DNA of 64,000 bases, taken from positions 166,036,001-166,100,000 of the forward strand of contig OZ038378.1 in the NCBI GenBank assembly GCA_964036045.1, given 5' to 3'. Below, piece after piece: positions 9,433-23,046 of the stretch (its first letter is position 1; the number at the start of each line of letters is the position of its first letter). The translations under genes and the position numbers were made by a program. The stretch is from Eutreptiella sp. 'Long Island Sound 2002'. Lineage: Eukaryota > Protista > Euglenida. A model generated the notes under the pieces. The model saw only the letters and a program-made list of their open reading frames with translations, made no database searches and was not told where the DNA came from.

Positions 9433-12400
9433 CAGTTGTCGCTGTATTTGCAACGTTGCTGGTGTTCGTGCGCTGTAGAGTTACGCGTGGACAATGGCTT
9501 TGTCCGAACCACTTCAGGTGTCGTGCCGTGGTTTTTCGTGGTTTTGCTGCGTGTGGCTGAGGAAGAGCGGAGATGGTGGTGGGGTCCGGGGTCAGGGGAG
9601 GTTGTGTGCTTGAGTTTGAGCGCCTCGAAAACTGCAGTGGTCCAGAGAGGACACTCGAGCACACGGGAGGCAGGGCAAATGTGGTCCGATCCAGCGGGTG
9701 GCACTCACGGCACGCCTAAACCCAGGCCCAAACGCTGGTGGGGGTCTTGAGAGTTTCGGGGGTACACCGCATTCCTAACCTGACCTTGTCCAGAACCCAA
9801 AGCTAAGAGCGGGTGGTATTCATTTGCAGATCCACAAATCCAATCGATGTTGCATTCTATCTTCTGGTACGCATGCACGAGGAACAGTGTCAGCATCCTC
9901 GGGGGTCACGGGTTGCATCGCCTTCTTCTCACTGCTGAGGACCCGTGTCCACCGCCCGCGCATTCACCATATCCACCATTTGCCTCGCAGAAAGAGGGAA
10001 AGAAGACAACACGGGTCAGCAAACAAGGCATCCTCTTTGAATTTGGAAAAGCCACTCTCTGAAATGGCAGGTGTGCCGCTTTGCGCGTTCTAAAACACCC
10101 AAGAGCCAGAGTTCCGGAGCATCAGTGATGCGGACTGAATTGCACCTGCCAGAGTGTTGGCCAGCAATCGGTGGGATTTTGGGAGACGAGGGGAAGCCCC
10201 CGAAAACTCGGACACCATTCGGTGTGGTTGAGTTCTGCTGAGGCACACATCGTGTGCAGGTTCGTTCCAGTAGGTGATGGATAGGCCCAGCTTGCAGCGA
10301 GCCCGACCGACTGCGAAGGTGAAAGCAGCACGGGCTCAGCATTCTATTGTGCGTGGCCCAGGATGGCTCAGTCAAAGCTGTGGCAATGCTGATGGCTGGA
10401 ACCCCGCACACCCGTCTGGTCCGCAGCCGAAACCCGTTCCGTGAACCAGTGGTTTACGGTCGGAGGAGGAGTGGGCGGGTGTTATATATGGAGGCGCGCT
10501 GACAGCTCAGCTCCGGCATTTACTCAAATTTGATTTCGGTTTTCGCAGCCCTGCGCTCAGCGCAGGCGCCCCCTGTCCCAGCCCGTGCATGGACTACGCC
10601 ATGGCTCGAGCTGTGGCCGGTGCTATGGCGCGGTTGCCGTGGCCTGTACTGTGGCCTATGCCGTGGACTGGCTGTGCCCCATGCTGTGGCCTGTGCTTGC
10701 GCTGTGGCTACGGTCGATGCTGGAGCCTATGCTGTGGCATGTGCCAGGCCTTGTGCTCTGAGCCAGCAGCAGAAGGCGACAGAAAATTTTCTCTACTGTT
10801 AAGGTCCCTGCGTTTGCACTGAATGTGCCTGTGCAGGAAAAGCGCGTTGGTCTGATGTTTGCCTCTGTCTATTCGTGCGTTGACACAAGGCCCGTGTCGG
10901 CCTCAAGAGTCGCCGAGGAGAGTTGCAGTTTCGACGAAAATTTGTGTCTCTCCCATCCTCCTCCTGTTTGTGTTTGGGGGAAGGGGCTTACTCCCTCCAG
11001 GCATGTTTATGCGTCCCAGATCCTCCGACAGTTAACCCTACATTTGCCATAACGGGAGGGGCCGATGGCAAATCAATAGAGGAGCCTCCATTCCTCTGCC
11101 CTCCACCGGTACCTGATCGAGGGGCCCTAAACCCCTGTTTTTTCAGGGGCAAATGCGGTTATCCGCACCGGCTGGCCCTCACCCCCGCATGACTCTTTGC
11201 ACAGCGAAGCAGTCTTTAAGAAGATCGCTTTTGGGGGGGGGGGGGGCAATCGTGATCGCCTGCCGAATGATGGCTGGCGGTTGGCGGGTGAGCCACGAAG
11301 CGACAGCGGAGGCCCGTCGATGGACAGCCACTGCTGGTCAATGGACGCCCCTTCACTTTCTTGAGGAATGGAGTCCAGTAGCCTTTTTGATGTTTTGAGT
11401 TATCTGCCCTGTGACAGAGGACGTGGGGTATATCGCCTCTTTCTCTGACCTCATGCCCCAGTATGTTCTCATGTAGGGCCTTCCTCGCACTTCTTCAAGG
11501 AGCAAGGGTCGCAATGTACCTTCCCCCCCACCCCCACCCCCACCCCCACCCCCGGCGGCATTTTGAGTTTCCGCACAGTTTCCTGCGAAAAACAGGACCG
11601 GGCACGCCAATGTCCCAGACGTGCAAGGGCCTGACAAAATGCGTGTTCTGCGGTGGGGGTCCGACACAACAAAGGGCATTCGGGGGGGGGGGGCGGGGGT
11701 TCCTGGGATGTCTGGGATGTCTCTGGATGTTGTGAAGCTCGGGGCACGTTTTCAAACTGCTGAGCCCCTTTCCTGACCCCACTGCACCTCTTTTGACCCT
11801 TCTCTGAGCCAGGCTGACCCAGTGGCGTTGAAGGGGTGCCCCTGGCTCTTGCGCACTCAAAGCCACGTGGCCACTAAGCGCAACACCCAATTATAAGCTC
11901 CCGCCCAATGCACACGTGTTATGGCGCTCAGGACAAACCTCTACTGACTATATGCAAAGGTTCAGCAGGTTGCCTTTTTTTAATCAATTTTGAGAGACCC
12001 AAATGAAGCCTCTGAGGCTATGCAGGTAGCATTCGTTCCGGCATTATTTTGCTGCATCATTTGTGGTGGGCCAGTTTCGCACCCACTCCCGAATTTACGG
12101 TACCAGCCTGTCACCCCTGCCCTTTTTCTGATAGATTGTCAGAAGACGTACAGGGGGTTGCACCCTGCGCTGTGTGCACGCTGAGCGAAAAGTAGGCTAT
12201 TTTGGAGCCGTTTTCCCTGATGGCCAAGGTGACTGCGGTAACCAAGGTAACTGTGGTCCCAGACACAGGCCTGCGAAATGAGTTGAAACAAACTATGTTT
12301 CACATTGAAAATACCAGAACGCTATCAGTTTTCTATCCAAATCTGCTGTTTTTGCCCTGTCGACATATGCTTCTGCGGTGGTGGGTGGTTTCCAGGGTAG

Positions 12401-13470
12401 TCACGGGACAGCTACTTTACCACTGGGCGCTGTGCACGCGCTGTGCAGAAACGCCCCCGAGCACTCCACATGGGCTGCGACGCGAGGGACAGAAGGTACT
12501 GGTGGTGTACGCTCAGTATGAAGCGGGCAATGCATTCAAAAGTCTGCTGCATTTGTGGATGCAAATCAAACCTGAAACAGCTTGTGTCACATGATTGAGA
12601 TAAGGCTGCACGTGTGAGCGAGGTGAAGGGAAGTGGTTTGTTGGCCTCATTTTGGAGTGTTTGTCTTCAAACCCTCTGTGCTGACCATATGCTGTAGCAC
12701 TCGATATGTTGCATCAAGATGTTCTTGGTTTCAACGGCGCTGGTGCATGGACGACGGTTGATCCACAGGAACTCATCGCAGACTGCTGATAAAAGCTGGC
12801 CCACCAGCACCATGCCCATGCACAGTTAACTGCTTGGGTTGATTTTTGAGGGGATTTGTGCTTGTGCCATGACACTGCCACAATCATAACCTCAGCCCTG
12901 TTGTACTAGCAGAAGTTCACATTAGGACCAAATTGAGGGGATTCTGTCAACACATTCCAATTCCAGTTGTTTGTCATAATGAAGGGATTGCATACGGTTT
13001 GTTGCAGTGGTGGGCACACAGAATAAACGTCTAAGTGAATACACATTGGTAGGAGAGTGTCCTATCCAGTGGATATTGCTGCTTGCTCTTGCTGCTGGAA
13101 CCCGCTGCCCCATCCTAGACCTAAAAAGGGTACAAACACTGACTGTTTCCACCAGCTTGGTGACCCTGGCCCAGGCGGTATGTGGTGTGGGCATCTGAGG
13201 TGTTTGCCCGTGGCCAAAATGCCCCCTCCCCTCCTCTGGGTAGCTGATTTCTTCTAGCCCCAGCTCCGCCCAATGGAAATGGGGGGTCTGCTCAATGTTC
13301 TCAACGGACACCAACCCCACCCCAGACTAACAATTGGCTGATAGCCCCTGTTGGGGGATTGGGGGACAGTGACATTCACTTTGATCTTTGGGGGGCACCT
13401 CCGGCACCTTGTGCGGGTTGTAGGTCATGATTCGCACTATGATGGAAACTAGAGTGATTTTTGGGATGCA

Positions 13471-14121
13471 CTTAGCACGGTGCGCGCGCACTGCAAGCGC
13501 AGTGCAACTATTTGGGCGTGTGGCCGTACTAGAGACCCATACTTTGTGATACTAGGCGGGCATCATTGTTGTTTGAGAGTAGGTTTTGATAATTCTTCCA
13601 CATTGGGGATATGGCATTTTTGAATTTTCACCTAGTTTCACCATTTTCTCCCCACCATGTGACCTTGAGAAGGCAGAGGTGATGTATCCATGTTGTTTTC
13701 CCCCCATCATGGGGACCCCGAGCAGGCACGGCTGATGTCGGACCTCACAATCATGATCAAGGCCGAGGGACAATCCGGCATCCTCTCCAAGTGCTTTATC
13801 ACATCCAAGTGCTGTAATCGAAGGTGACCTCACGCGCTTGATCAACGCCAAGGATCCTTCGTGCTAGCCAAGACGTACCATGCCGTCATCCCAAGACGGT
13901 CGGTAGCGGGGCTATGCTAGGCCATACCCAGCACCCCCGGGCCCATCATCCCACCCCCATTCATGGAAGATGGACCACCTCCCAGCCCCACCGAAGGAGG
14001 TCTCCTAGGGTCTGCAGTGGGACATGCTCCTGAGGTAGAGGTGATATAAGGGCGTTTGGAAGGGGTGTGCTTGGGAACTCTTCAGTGGGAACCTGGTCTA
14101 AAACGTAGCGCGCAGTGCAAG
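13471..14121 (+). mobile_element. Short non-autonomous element E1 with GCGCGCAG(T/G)GC end repeats
   Basis: The left ~170 bp and right ~75 bp match 50412-51098; the interiors differ. Confidence 0.55.
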
Positions 14122-14546
14122 GGCGCCACTTTTGGTGGGTGACAGCCATCGAGGGTGCCGCCCGCGCAGTGTGTGCGATGCACATAGTGCACCAAAGCAT
14201 CTGCATTTGGCTGCATCCATGAACCCGGATGCAGCATGTGCGCTGCAAGTCACCACGTTGCTTCGTTTTGAAGTCTTGGGGCTATGTTCTGCAGCATGGC
14301 GTAAAACCCAGGATACTTCAATGATGCAGTGTGTGGGGTGCGCGGGTGGCACCCTCATAGACATTCTATGACCAAGCAACACAAGTGGCCAAACGCTCAT
14401 GGATGGAAGCACTGTTGGCAGAGTTGGGGCCAGGGGACATGCACACACCCAGCGACTCACATAAAGGGGACAACTCAATGGATGCGAGCTCTACCTCTGG
14501 GCCGGATTTAGATTTCGGCATTGACGTTGGTGACTCGGGGGAGCGT

Positions 14547-15288
14547 TAGCGCGCAGGGCGCGTGCAGGGCAACTTTTTGGGCTATTTCCAATCCCTACCC
14601 CTGTGGAACCCCTCTGATTTTGTCCCCGCGGGTCCTAGGGCGCCAACCCGGCTGCCTATGGGTACCACGTTTGCTTCCTCTACACTTTGGTGCATTTGAA
14701 GGGGTTAGTACAATCAAAAGCAGCCTGAAGGCATGTCCCTGTAATTCGACGACAACCTCCAAACGGTGGAAATCACGGGCTCCGAGTACCAAGCTGCGGG
14801 AGTTGCGGTGACAGAAGGACCCCTGCGCAATGTGGCCCGTGTATATCGACAACATGGCCGTGACCAAATGTTCTGACAAACGACCCACACGGGAGTGCTC
14901 TTATTCCGACGTCCGCCACAAGGTGTGTGATCACACGCAACACAAGCAAGTCATCATGGAGTAATCATGGAGTAGATCCCCAGTCATCGTCAAGAGTCTG
15001 AGGCTCGCAATGCACAGGAATGTGAGCAAATCCGGCGCAATGGGGAGGTGGACTTGCTTGCCAAAATGGCCACACGGCTACCAGTCCCAGACTACGATCC
15101 GGTCCGTCCAGAGGATATAGCAGTCTGTGGCAGTCTGTTCAATGTTGTGCACGGATGGTTTGTTGCTTCATTTGGTAGGCAAGGGGCAGCTGTTGGTCTA
15201 CGCGGGGGCTTCATACGGTAATGGTAAACGCGGGGACTCAATTTGGGAAAGTCATCATAAAAGTAGCGCGCAGGGCGTGCGCAGGGCA
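14547..15288 (+). mobile_element. Short element E2 with the same end architecture
   Basis: Left end TAGCGCGCAGGGCGCGTGCAGGGCAACTTTTTGGGC; right end AAAAGTAGCGCGCAGGGC. Confidence 0.4.
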
Positions 15289-18220
15289 GACACTCCTCCT
15301 AAGAAGGAGGGGCAAATAGGATATGACCATCTCAAGGGCCACACTACAGTACATACATTAGCGAGACACGAAGGCGGGGTGCAAGAGGGATAATCAAGAC
15401 CTGGTGTAATCTAGGGGGTGTCTAATGGTGCCAATGTGTGACGCTGCTTTGTTGCTCTCAGGCATTTGCCACAATTTGCTTCACTGCACTATGCACAGAG
15501 AGTTGTGGGTTTGCCTTCGGCGCCTTGTCTGCCTTATGTCCTTCCGGCAGGTTTTCCTTGTTGGCCTCCCTATGTCACCCCGCTGGACAAATATCGCTGC
15601 AGAGGACCGAAACTGATAGCATGGAGGGTGCCTCGCATGCCGTGCGCGCGGTGTGGGGTGTCGCGATGTGACTGAGGCCCCGTTGGCGTAGACCGGTGGT
15701 ACCATGGAATGTTGCCCAAAAGTGGTCATAGGGGCCTTCGCATCACAAATGGGTGGCCAACTGTTGTGTTTGGGTGGAATTGACAATGTTGAGGTCTAAG
15801 ATTGGGCAGCAGGGCACTTTGTAGATTCGAAAATGTCAATTTTTCCTCCTTTGCTTTCCACAGGACGCATGGCAATAGATGCTGACCTTTTGGCGCCTGG
15901 CAGTAGTGTCTATTACCTGAGTTTGTCAACAAGCGCAATTTGCACTATCAGCCATTTGGCCCTTGGAATCATTTCCAGGATGGAATTTTTCACCAGTCTG
16001 AAGTTGAACCTGACACAGGTTCATCAGAGAGTTCCTCAAGCTCTCGTGATGCGTCACGTGATGAGGATGGCACCACTGGTGCAGTAAACTGGTAATTGAC
16101 ACGTCTGCCTTAGAGCGCAGTGCGCACGGTGCGGGTGGGTGCGTGGTGCACTGACACACACTCATGCTGTTGAGGAGATTATAGCCCACCAGCACTGAGC
16201 TGACACAAGGGAAGACTACAATGAAATACTGGAACCTCGGGTGTCCAAACATTTGCAAGACAATTTCAACACCCAACTGCCAGCAGAGCCATACAAGGTG
16301 TTGAAGAGAACATGTTGTGCACCTGTTGTGTTGTTCGGCGTGCACCTGATGCCCTCCACAAGTAATAAAACATTTGGGCTAATGCAGCCGCTTTTTCATG
16401 TTGCATGGTTCGCAGTGTGGTATCAGGGGCATGGCCTAGTGCCAACTGCTCTTATGCCACACATCTTGGCACATGATTTGCAATGACTCACAGCCAATGA
16501 GATGGCATGAAGGTGTGTGCCATCGGTGAGAAGGCTCATAACAGATGACAAGGCTAGATCACATGTGGTGATCAAGAATCTCAAGCAGTTGCATAGAGAC
16601 CCAGAAGTCGGACTTCGGTTTGAGCTGATAGAGGAGCCGTCCTTTCAGGACTGTTTACAGGAAGGAATTACGGCACTGATGAATGTTAGGAGTTGTACTC
16701 CTTGATTGTGCACATCATTGGCATGCTCAGGATGATGGCAGCGTCCTGAGAGGCCATGGAGGTGCAATGGCTCAAACGGGGTCTGCACACATTTGGGTCG
16801 GAGGCTTCTTTGACAGTGCTGCCAGCCAGTGGTTGGCGGACAGTGGTTATTTTGGAAGGAGTGGAGGGGGGATGGTTTGCAGGTGTGCTGGATGTACTCT
16901 GCAGCATTTTACCCTTATTGTGTTTCACCAGCCGGTACCAGGGTGGGGGGATGTGGTCAAGGGCTGGCACGTTTTACTTGCAACTGGACTGAGAGAGAGC
17001 AGGCTAATTGGGTATGTCCTGTGGTTGTACGTCTGACCCACAAAGTGACCTTGGTTGCAAGGGAGGGAGTAGGAGACCTGAAAGTGACCCATGCCCAGGC
17101 CAGGAAACATTCAATAGTACGAAGTATGAGCCCATGGCAACAATTGCTACTGGAGCAGGCACGTGAGGCTCGCAGTTTAGGAGACTTCCACTGGAACATT
17201 CTGTATGTATGCGATGCAGTGAACAGTTCATGGCCGTGCGAGAACAACACCCCTGTCAGAAGAACACAAGGTGTTGTTCCTGCAAGCATGAAATTTGGCT
17301 GTCCCATTTTCTGGTTGTCAATGAAGATCAAGTGTTCTCTGTGATGTGGGGCTAAGTGGGGCTTTGCGGCCAACGTCTGTCAAAGGACCCACCCTTGGGC
17401 AAGGTGGGCCCGTGTTTGGTGAGAATTGTGCATTTTAATGGTTTGCATGCCGATCTTTGAGCAAGGCGCTATCAATGCTCGTCTCTTCTCCGGGCGCGTA
17501 AGAAATGCCCTTCTGAGAGCAACAGGAGGCGATGTTTTCATTGTCAGTGCTTTTAATCTTGTTCTCGCAAAGGGGGAGGGGTACGTACGTGGTCCATATT
17601 TTCTGTATTCTGTGGATCTTGGTGTGCATTTGACCCGCCAAATCTGTAGGCGTTGGTAATTACTAGTTCAAAGGCAAAGGCGTGTAGGCATCGAGGAGGT
17701 TGCCACCGTGTTCAAAGCTACGAATTTGAGTTGCAACAGTTGCGAATGATCGCCAAACATGCTGCACAACACTCACTTGTCCAGGCTGTTGTGCGCTTTG
17801 CAGACTTTCCTCACCCAGCTTGTCTCTCTTGCTGCATGAAAGGAACAGCTCTCCCGTCTTTTTTCTCTGAAGTGCTCATGTACCCACAAATTGTCTCCAT
17901 ATCTCGGCGGAGAGATTTCCTAATTCCACGCAATCCATCGCAGAGTGATTTTCTGATTCCTGTAGTCACAACTCTCCTGGAGGGCTGCGCTCCGATGTAC
18001 CTCTGGGCACCCCATGCCATACCATGCTTTACCCTTTGTTGTCAGCCAGTAGCCTTCGTAGGATTCAAAAAGGGGTGGGTACCCCCTGGATTTAGGGGGT
18101 AGGGGTTGGGAGGCTTGTGCGCACTCAGTGCACTCTCAGTGTTGAGGTATTCTTTCGGACTGTTGCCTGCTGACCCGCCCAAAATCCCCAGCGCAAACTG
18201 GTTGTTTTTGGGCAGCGACT

Positions 18221-19258
18221 ATGACAGATTTGCCGAAAACGCGGCTGTACATCTCAGGCTGTCCGCCTCAGATGAAGGAAGAGGACGTCAAGTCGCTTTT
18301 CCAGGGCTTCGATTATGTCAACGACGTGCACATTGGCATCAATCCATGGGATGGAAGCTGCCGGGGCTATGTGCACTGCACCTGCTCCAACGAGTACAAG
18401 GCCAGAGAGGCCACATGGAAGTTCAACAACTACAACTACAAAGGCTACACGTTGTACGTGGAGTACGCGAAGCCCCGCTTCTACGAAGTGGCACAGCAGC
18501 TGCAAAGAGAGTACGCAGCGAAGATGACAGGCCGGTCCGCAGAGCCCGCCGTCAGAACAGCATATGCTCCACCTCCCAAGAAGCCCGTCGCAGTTAAGTA
18601 CACCCCGCCGCAGGACAGCAGCAGCGATAGTAGTGACTCGGACAGCAGTGACAGCGACTCTGACGCTGCCCCAGCGAAACCGGCTCCGAAGGCCGCTCCG
18701 AAGGCCACTGTCAAGAAGGTGGTGAAGGTGGTGAAGCGTCCGATCGCAATGATGGACGACGCCGATGACCCCATGATGGCTGGCTCGACACCGGCCGCCG
18801 CGGAGCCCGCAAAAAAGAAGGTGAAGATCATTAAGGTGATCAAGAAGGTCCCAAAAGCCAAGGCCGCTGAGGATCCACCGGCACCAGAGCCGGAACCAGA
18901 ACCGGAACCGGAGCCGGCACCTGCGCCAGCACCAGCGGCAGAAGCGCCAGCACCTACGAAGAAAATTGTGAAGAAAATTGTGAAGAAAGTCGTCAAGCCC
19001 AAAGCAGCCGCGGCTGAGCCCGAAGCTGCACCTGCCCCTAGCGCCCCGGCTGCGAAGGGGGCGGCTGTCGATGTGTCTGCGGGCGTGGCGAAGGCATGGG
19101 CCGAGTTTATGAAGCAGGTTGAGGGGCAAGGGTTCACGGAGGAGATGATCGCTGGGTGCGCCGAGCCCGAATTCGATGACATCGTGAACGACCTGGGGCT
19201 CACCGGCCTTAAGAAGATGGGGGTCAAGACGTACTTCAAGAAGCTAAAAGAGGCGTAA
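18221..19258 (+). CDS. Intronless RRM-domain protein (345 aa) with a Ser/Asp tract, K/V-rich and Pro/Glu/Ala-rich linkers, and a possible SAM-like C-terminal helical domain
   Basis: RNP2-like LYISGC, RNP1-like RGYVHCTC, and LYVEYAKPR at the RRM end; GC3-rich codons; tttttgggcag acceptor 5 nt before the ATG. Confidence 0.85.
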   Translation: MTDLPKTRLYISGCPPQMKEEDVKSLFQGFDYVNDVHIGINPWDGSCRGYVHCTCSNEYKAREATWKFNNYNYKGYTLYVEYAKPRFYEVAQQLQREYAAKMTGRSAEPAVRTAYAPPPKKPVAVKYTPPQDSSSDSSDSDSSDSDSDAAPAKPAPKAAPKATVKKVVKVVKRPIAMMDDADDPMMAGSTPAAAEPAKKKVKIIKVIKKVPKAKAAEDPPAPEPEPEPEPEPAPAPAPAAEAPAPTKKIVKKIVKKVVKPKAAAAEPEAAPAPSAPAAKGAAVDVSAGVAKAWAEFMKQVEGQGFTEEMIAGCAEPEFDDIVNDLGLTGLKKMGVKTYFKKLKEA

Positions 19259-21600
19259 GCCGCGTCGACCAGGAACGCGGGGCGCGGGCTCCCGGCTTGA
19301 GTGGAGACGTCACTGCTCCCCGGCCCACCCCCAGCCCCACCCGTGCTTGCCCCTCGCCCCTTGGCCCTCGCGTTACTATTCGTGGGGCTGGCACGTCGGG
19401 CGTGCCAAGGGACGCCTGTGCAGCGCAGCGACGGACGCTGGCCACTGCGGAAGTAGAATCGGGGGGGGCTGGGGTGCCTCGTGATGTCTGTCGTGGCGGG
19501 TTTTCGTTGGTGTACGACGACATGCGCTGTCGATCGACAGCAGTGGTACGGTCCTCCGGGAACGAGGTACTTGCGTTTTTGCTCGATTTAGGGCAACGCC
19601 AAGGCCGGGGGTGGCAGGACTGCGGCGGTTGGCGCTGAGCCGACGGCCGTTTGACGGTCACCCGACGCCTGGTCGCCGGGAAGCGGCAGCAGTCGCCGGC
19701 CGGTGCTCTGTCGAGGTCCGCGGGTATCGGAGCCCGGCAATGTTTTTGGGCTCCATCGCAACTGGCGGTTGACAGGCGGTGCGCCTTGGGATCAGCGAGT
19801 TGCGTAGGGGACATTCGCTCAAGTCCATTTGGGTTTCAGTGCACCTTTTAGGGTTTTGGGGGCGGTGAATGGTCGTCACAAAAGAGACACATGTTTCCGG
19901 TGCGTCGTCAGGCAGAAAGAACAGGGGCTTCAGATTTGAAAGCGGCTGATTGCAGACTGCCTCACGTCCCCCACGGAACCTCCGCGGGTTGCCCTCTCCC
20001 CAGAGAGGACCGCTTGGGCTCAAGGCGTTTGGGGCAAGCCCGCAGTTGCACACGGCACCTTTTTGCTGGACCTGGTGCCGTTTCGGCGCCCCCAACACCA
20101 TGCGAACGCAGGGTGGCAGGAGCATAGGTCACCATGCGTGCGTGCCGTCGAGCCCGGCACAACCAAACAGCGCCACACACTGCACAGTGCTGCCCACGAA
20201 ATGTGTGGCGTCTTCGCGTTCCGCATGTGCGCCCCAGATCAGTGCTGCCATCTGCTCATCCCATCGCATCGCTCTCTGTTCCCCCCCCTCAAATGTGTCT
20301 TTTGACAACCTCGTTTACCTGTCGAGCCCTGTTGCTTTCTCTGACAGTCACTTGCAGCCCTCGGGCAGTCATACTGGGCAAGAGAGTTGCATCATGGCTG
20401 TACGGTGCCCGTGGTCGGGACAGATTGTGGGCGACGCGTTTCAGCATTTGGGTCAGCAAAGGCGCGTTCTGGGAGACCCGAGTTTGCGGCACGTGTTCTC
20501 CGGGAACGCCGTCTGTGAAATGGAATCCCAGGCAGTTACCCTGGAAGAATGATGTGGGCGCGCGGTTGCCATGGACGGGATGCCATGGTCCAGGGAGAGG
20601 AGCAGTCCCTTGGCTGGATTGATGGATGCTGCCTGGTAAGGCGCCCTGTTGCAGTGCAGTGGGCGCTGAGGCAGGCACGGGCACGCCTGTGCAGGAATGG
20701 GGTGGAGATCGCAGCCTAACCATATCCCCTGACATTTCGAACCCTGTCCACCAATTTCACAGAAAAATCAATCCTAACCGTGGCCCATGATGACACATTG
20801 GTTCACTGTCACCTGATTTCATATATATGGTGCGCACACGGAGACGGGGATACGTGGCTTTGTGCTGCACTGGGTGCATGTGCCTGAATCGCCGGATTTC
20901 CTGTGAGAGTTACGATTTTGAGCAAACATTCCGCATTTTCGGTGTTTTCCTGGTAAAAGACAAAAGGCCTCGGGACATGCGGTGAGTCCCTGGCGTGTGT
21001 GTGCGTGCTCCGTGCAGCTGTTCCCATGCAAATCAAAGCACTCTAACCAGAATCTTACATTCCAGAATGAAATGCGATCCAGCATTCCGCAATGCAACAC
21101 ACCCTGACGCTATTTCGGAAGCAGAATTGGCCGCATAACAAGCAGCTCACACCTTGTCAACCCAGATGTTGGATTTCACGCGGGTCATCTGCCCTGGATT
21201 CAGTGGAATTCACCCTGGTCCCACGCCACGAAAACATGACATCAGTGATGCCAATACCAATACAGCTCAGCCTTATCCTTGCCCGCCTATGGATCGGTAT
21301 TATGGAATTTTTTGGTTGTGCAATGCAGCAATGTGGTCCAGACTACGATTTTTAAGCAGCAATTTCGAGGTGCTATGCACTGCAACACTGTGACTATCAC
21401 ATTCATACTGTCGTAATGTACATCAAACAGAATTTCCTGACAATCTCTTGACCTGGGTTCACATTGCTTTGCATCATGCTCAGACAGGGCAAGGCACAGG
21501 GCGGAGGATGCATGGAATTGTGACAGGAGACAGCAAGTGACAGGTGTGTGAGCAGGTTGGCGCCGTTTTATGTTTGTCACCCTAAAAAAAAGTGAGAAAT

Positions 21601-22170
21601 CACCTCAAAGAGAGGCTTTTAGACCAAACGCAGGTGCGGACCCGTACACCCCCCCTTTTTGGGGGTCGTTCACGTAGCATACCCGAAGGCATGATATTGG
21701 ATGTCTAACCCCTTGTAAAATCATTATTTTGCCTGACAAAACGATCCCCCAATGGATTTTTAGATTTTGAGGCCTCAATCCCCCTGAAACTGAATGTCAC
21801 ATTTTAGGGGGTGGGGGTCAAAAGTTTGTGCTTAAAAGGATTTGAACCAGGGTCGGGTGAAAAAGAGTAACCGGTCCATAGACCCACGCCGACGATCGCT
21901 GGCTGGGACTCAAACCGACGACGTTTGGGACACGAGGTGAATGTTCTACCACTGGATGGCCGATTGATGCGCTGCAACTGGGGTTCCCCATTGTTTGTAG
22001 ATGTAGTCCGTGACTGAAAAAAGCCAAACTGTGTGTTTCTGCCAGCCTGTCTGCCTGCCTGCTTGCCCAACCGACTGCCTGCCTGACTGCTTGCTTGACT
22101 GACTGACTAACTGATTGGCTGACTGTCAGCCTCTCTTCGGGGTCATGAAACCACGTAGGCAATAGAATTT
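21601..22170 (+). repeat. Dispersed repeat family, copy 1 (includes GCCT/GACT tetranucleotide tract)
   Basis: Aligns with 43678-44288, e.g. GTAGCATACCC(G/C)AAGGCATGATATT...CCCCTTGTAAAATCATTATTTTGCC. Confidence 0.8.
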
Positions 22171-23046
22171 GCAAGGTTGTGTTACCTATGGCACATGAAT
22201 TGTCGCTGAGTGCCAGTGGATCAGAAAGGCTGTGAGATCGCATGGCTCACCAGAAGAAGTAGCTGCGCCCCACCCCCCCTTGTCTAGGCGTCTGTGAAGC
22301 CTTTTTCAACTGCATCCTTCAAAAAGATGAAATGTTTTCATGAACAGGTGGCAAGTAACGCTGTCTACACCTGGCCTCCCACTATATAACATGTCCATTC
22401 CCGAACAGACATTGAGCCATGGCTACAAGGAGCGGGAAGCACCCTAGTCAGGTACAGTGCCCTTTGGTAAAGAGTGGTGTAGTAACCGAAGCCACAGCTA
22501 TAGGTGGAAGTTCACTCTCAGCCTTGATGAGTGGAGTGCAGGAAACACCCATTGAAAGTGCCTAGCGCACTCTCCCTCGGAGCAATACATTTCTAGCAGA
22601 CCTAGAAAGTACCTGCCCCCCCTGCTGTATGCGGCACATTTTCTCTGTAGCCACACAGAAATATGTTTGCAACCATCCCTAGGCATATTGGTAAAAAGTG
22701 TGTGCACAGGGGAGGGTGTTCAACAAAGGGATTGGCAGACTTGTTGCTGCCAATCTGTCAGTATGAAAGCCAGATGGGGCTGCTGGGCTATTCCACAAGT
22801 TGTGTAGCAATGGACCAAAGGCTGAATTGGTGCAAAGAGTGCAAAGCTACATCCATAGAATCCATGAATTCAAAGGTTTGCCTGTTGATTTTTTCGATGC
22901 ATGTGCATACTCTAGGGAATGATATCGCCTTTGATTCAGAATGAGGAATTGTGTCCAAATGCATGAGTGCTAATGCTAAAGGATAATGACATTGTTCTTT
23001 GTGATGGTGATGGCAGTAACCCTGTCAGTTATCATCATGTCAGTTA

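Noticed and set aside
11900-17400. Intact genes in the 12-17.4 kb region
   Set aside because: Only short ORFs with no convincing domain motifs; probably decayed mobile DNA, but not assignable by eye.
18254-19239. Long antisense ORFs over the RRM gene (and similar ones over the LINE and metacaspase repeats)
   Set aside because: Shadow ORFs expected from GC-rich or repetitive coding sequence on the opposite strand or in shifted frames.
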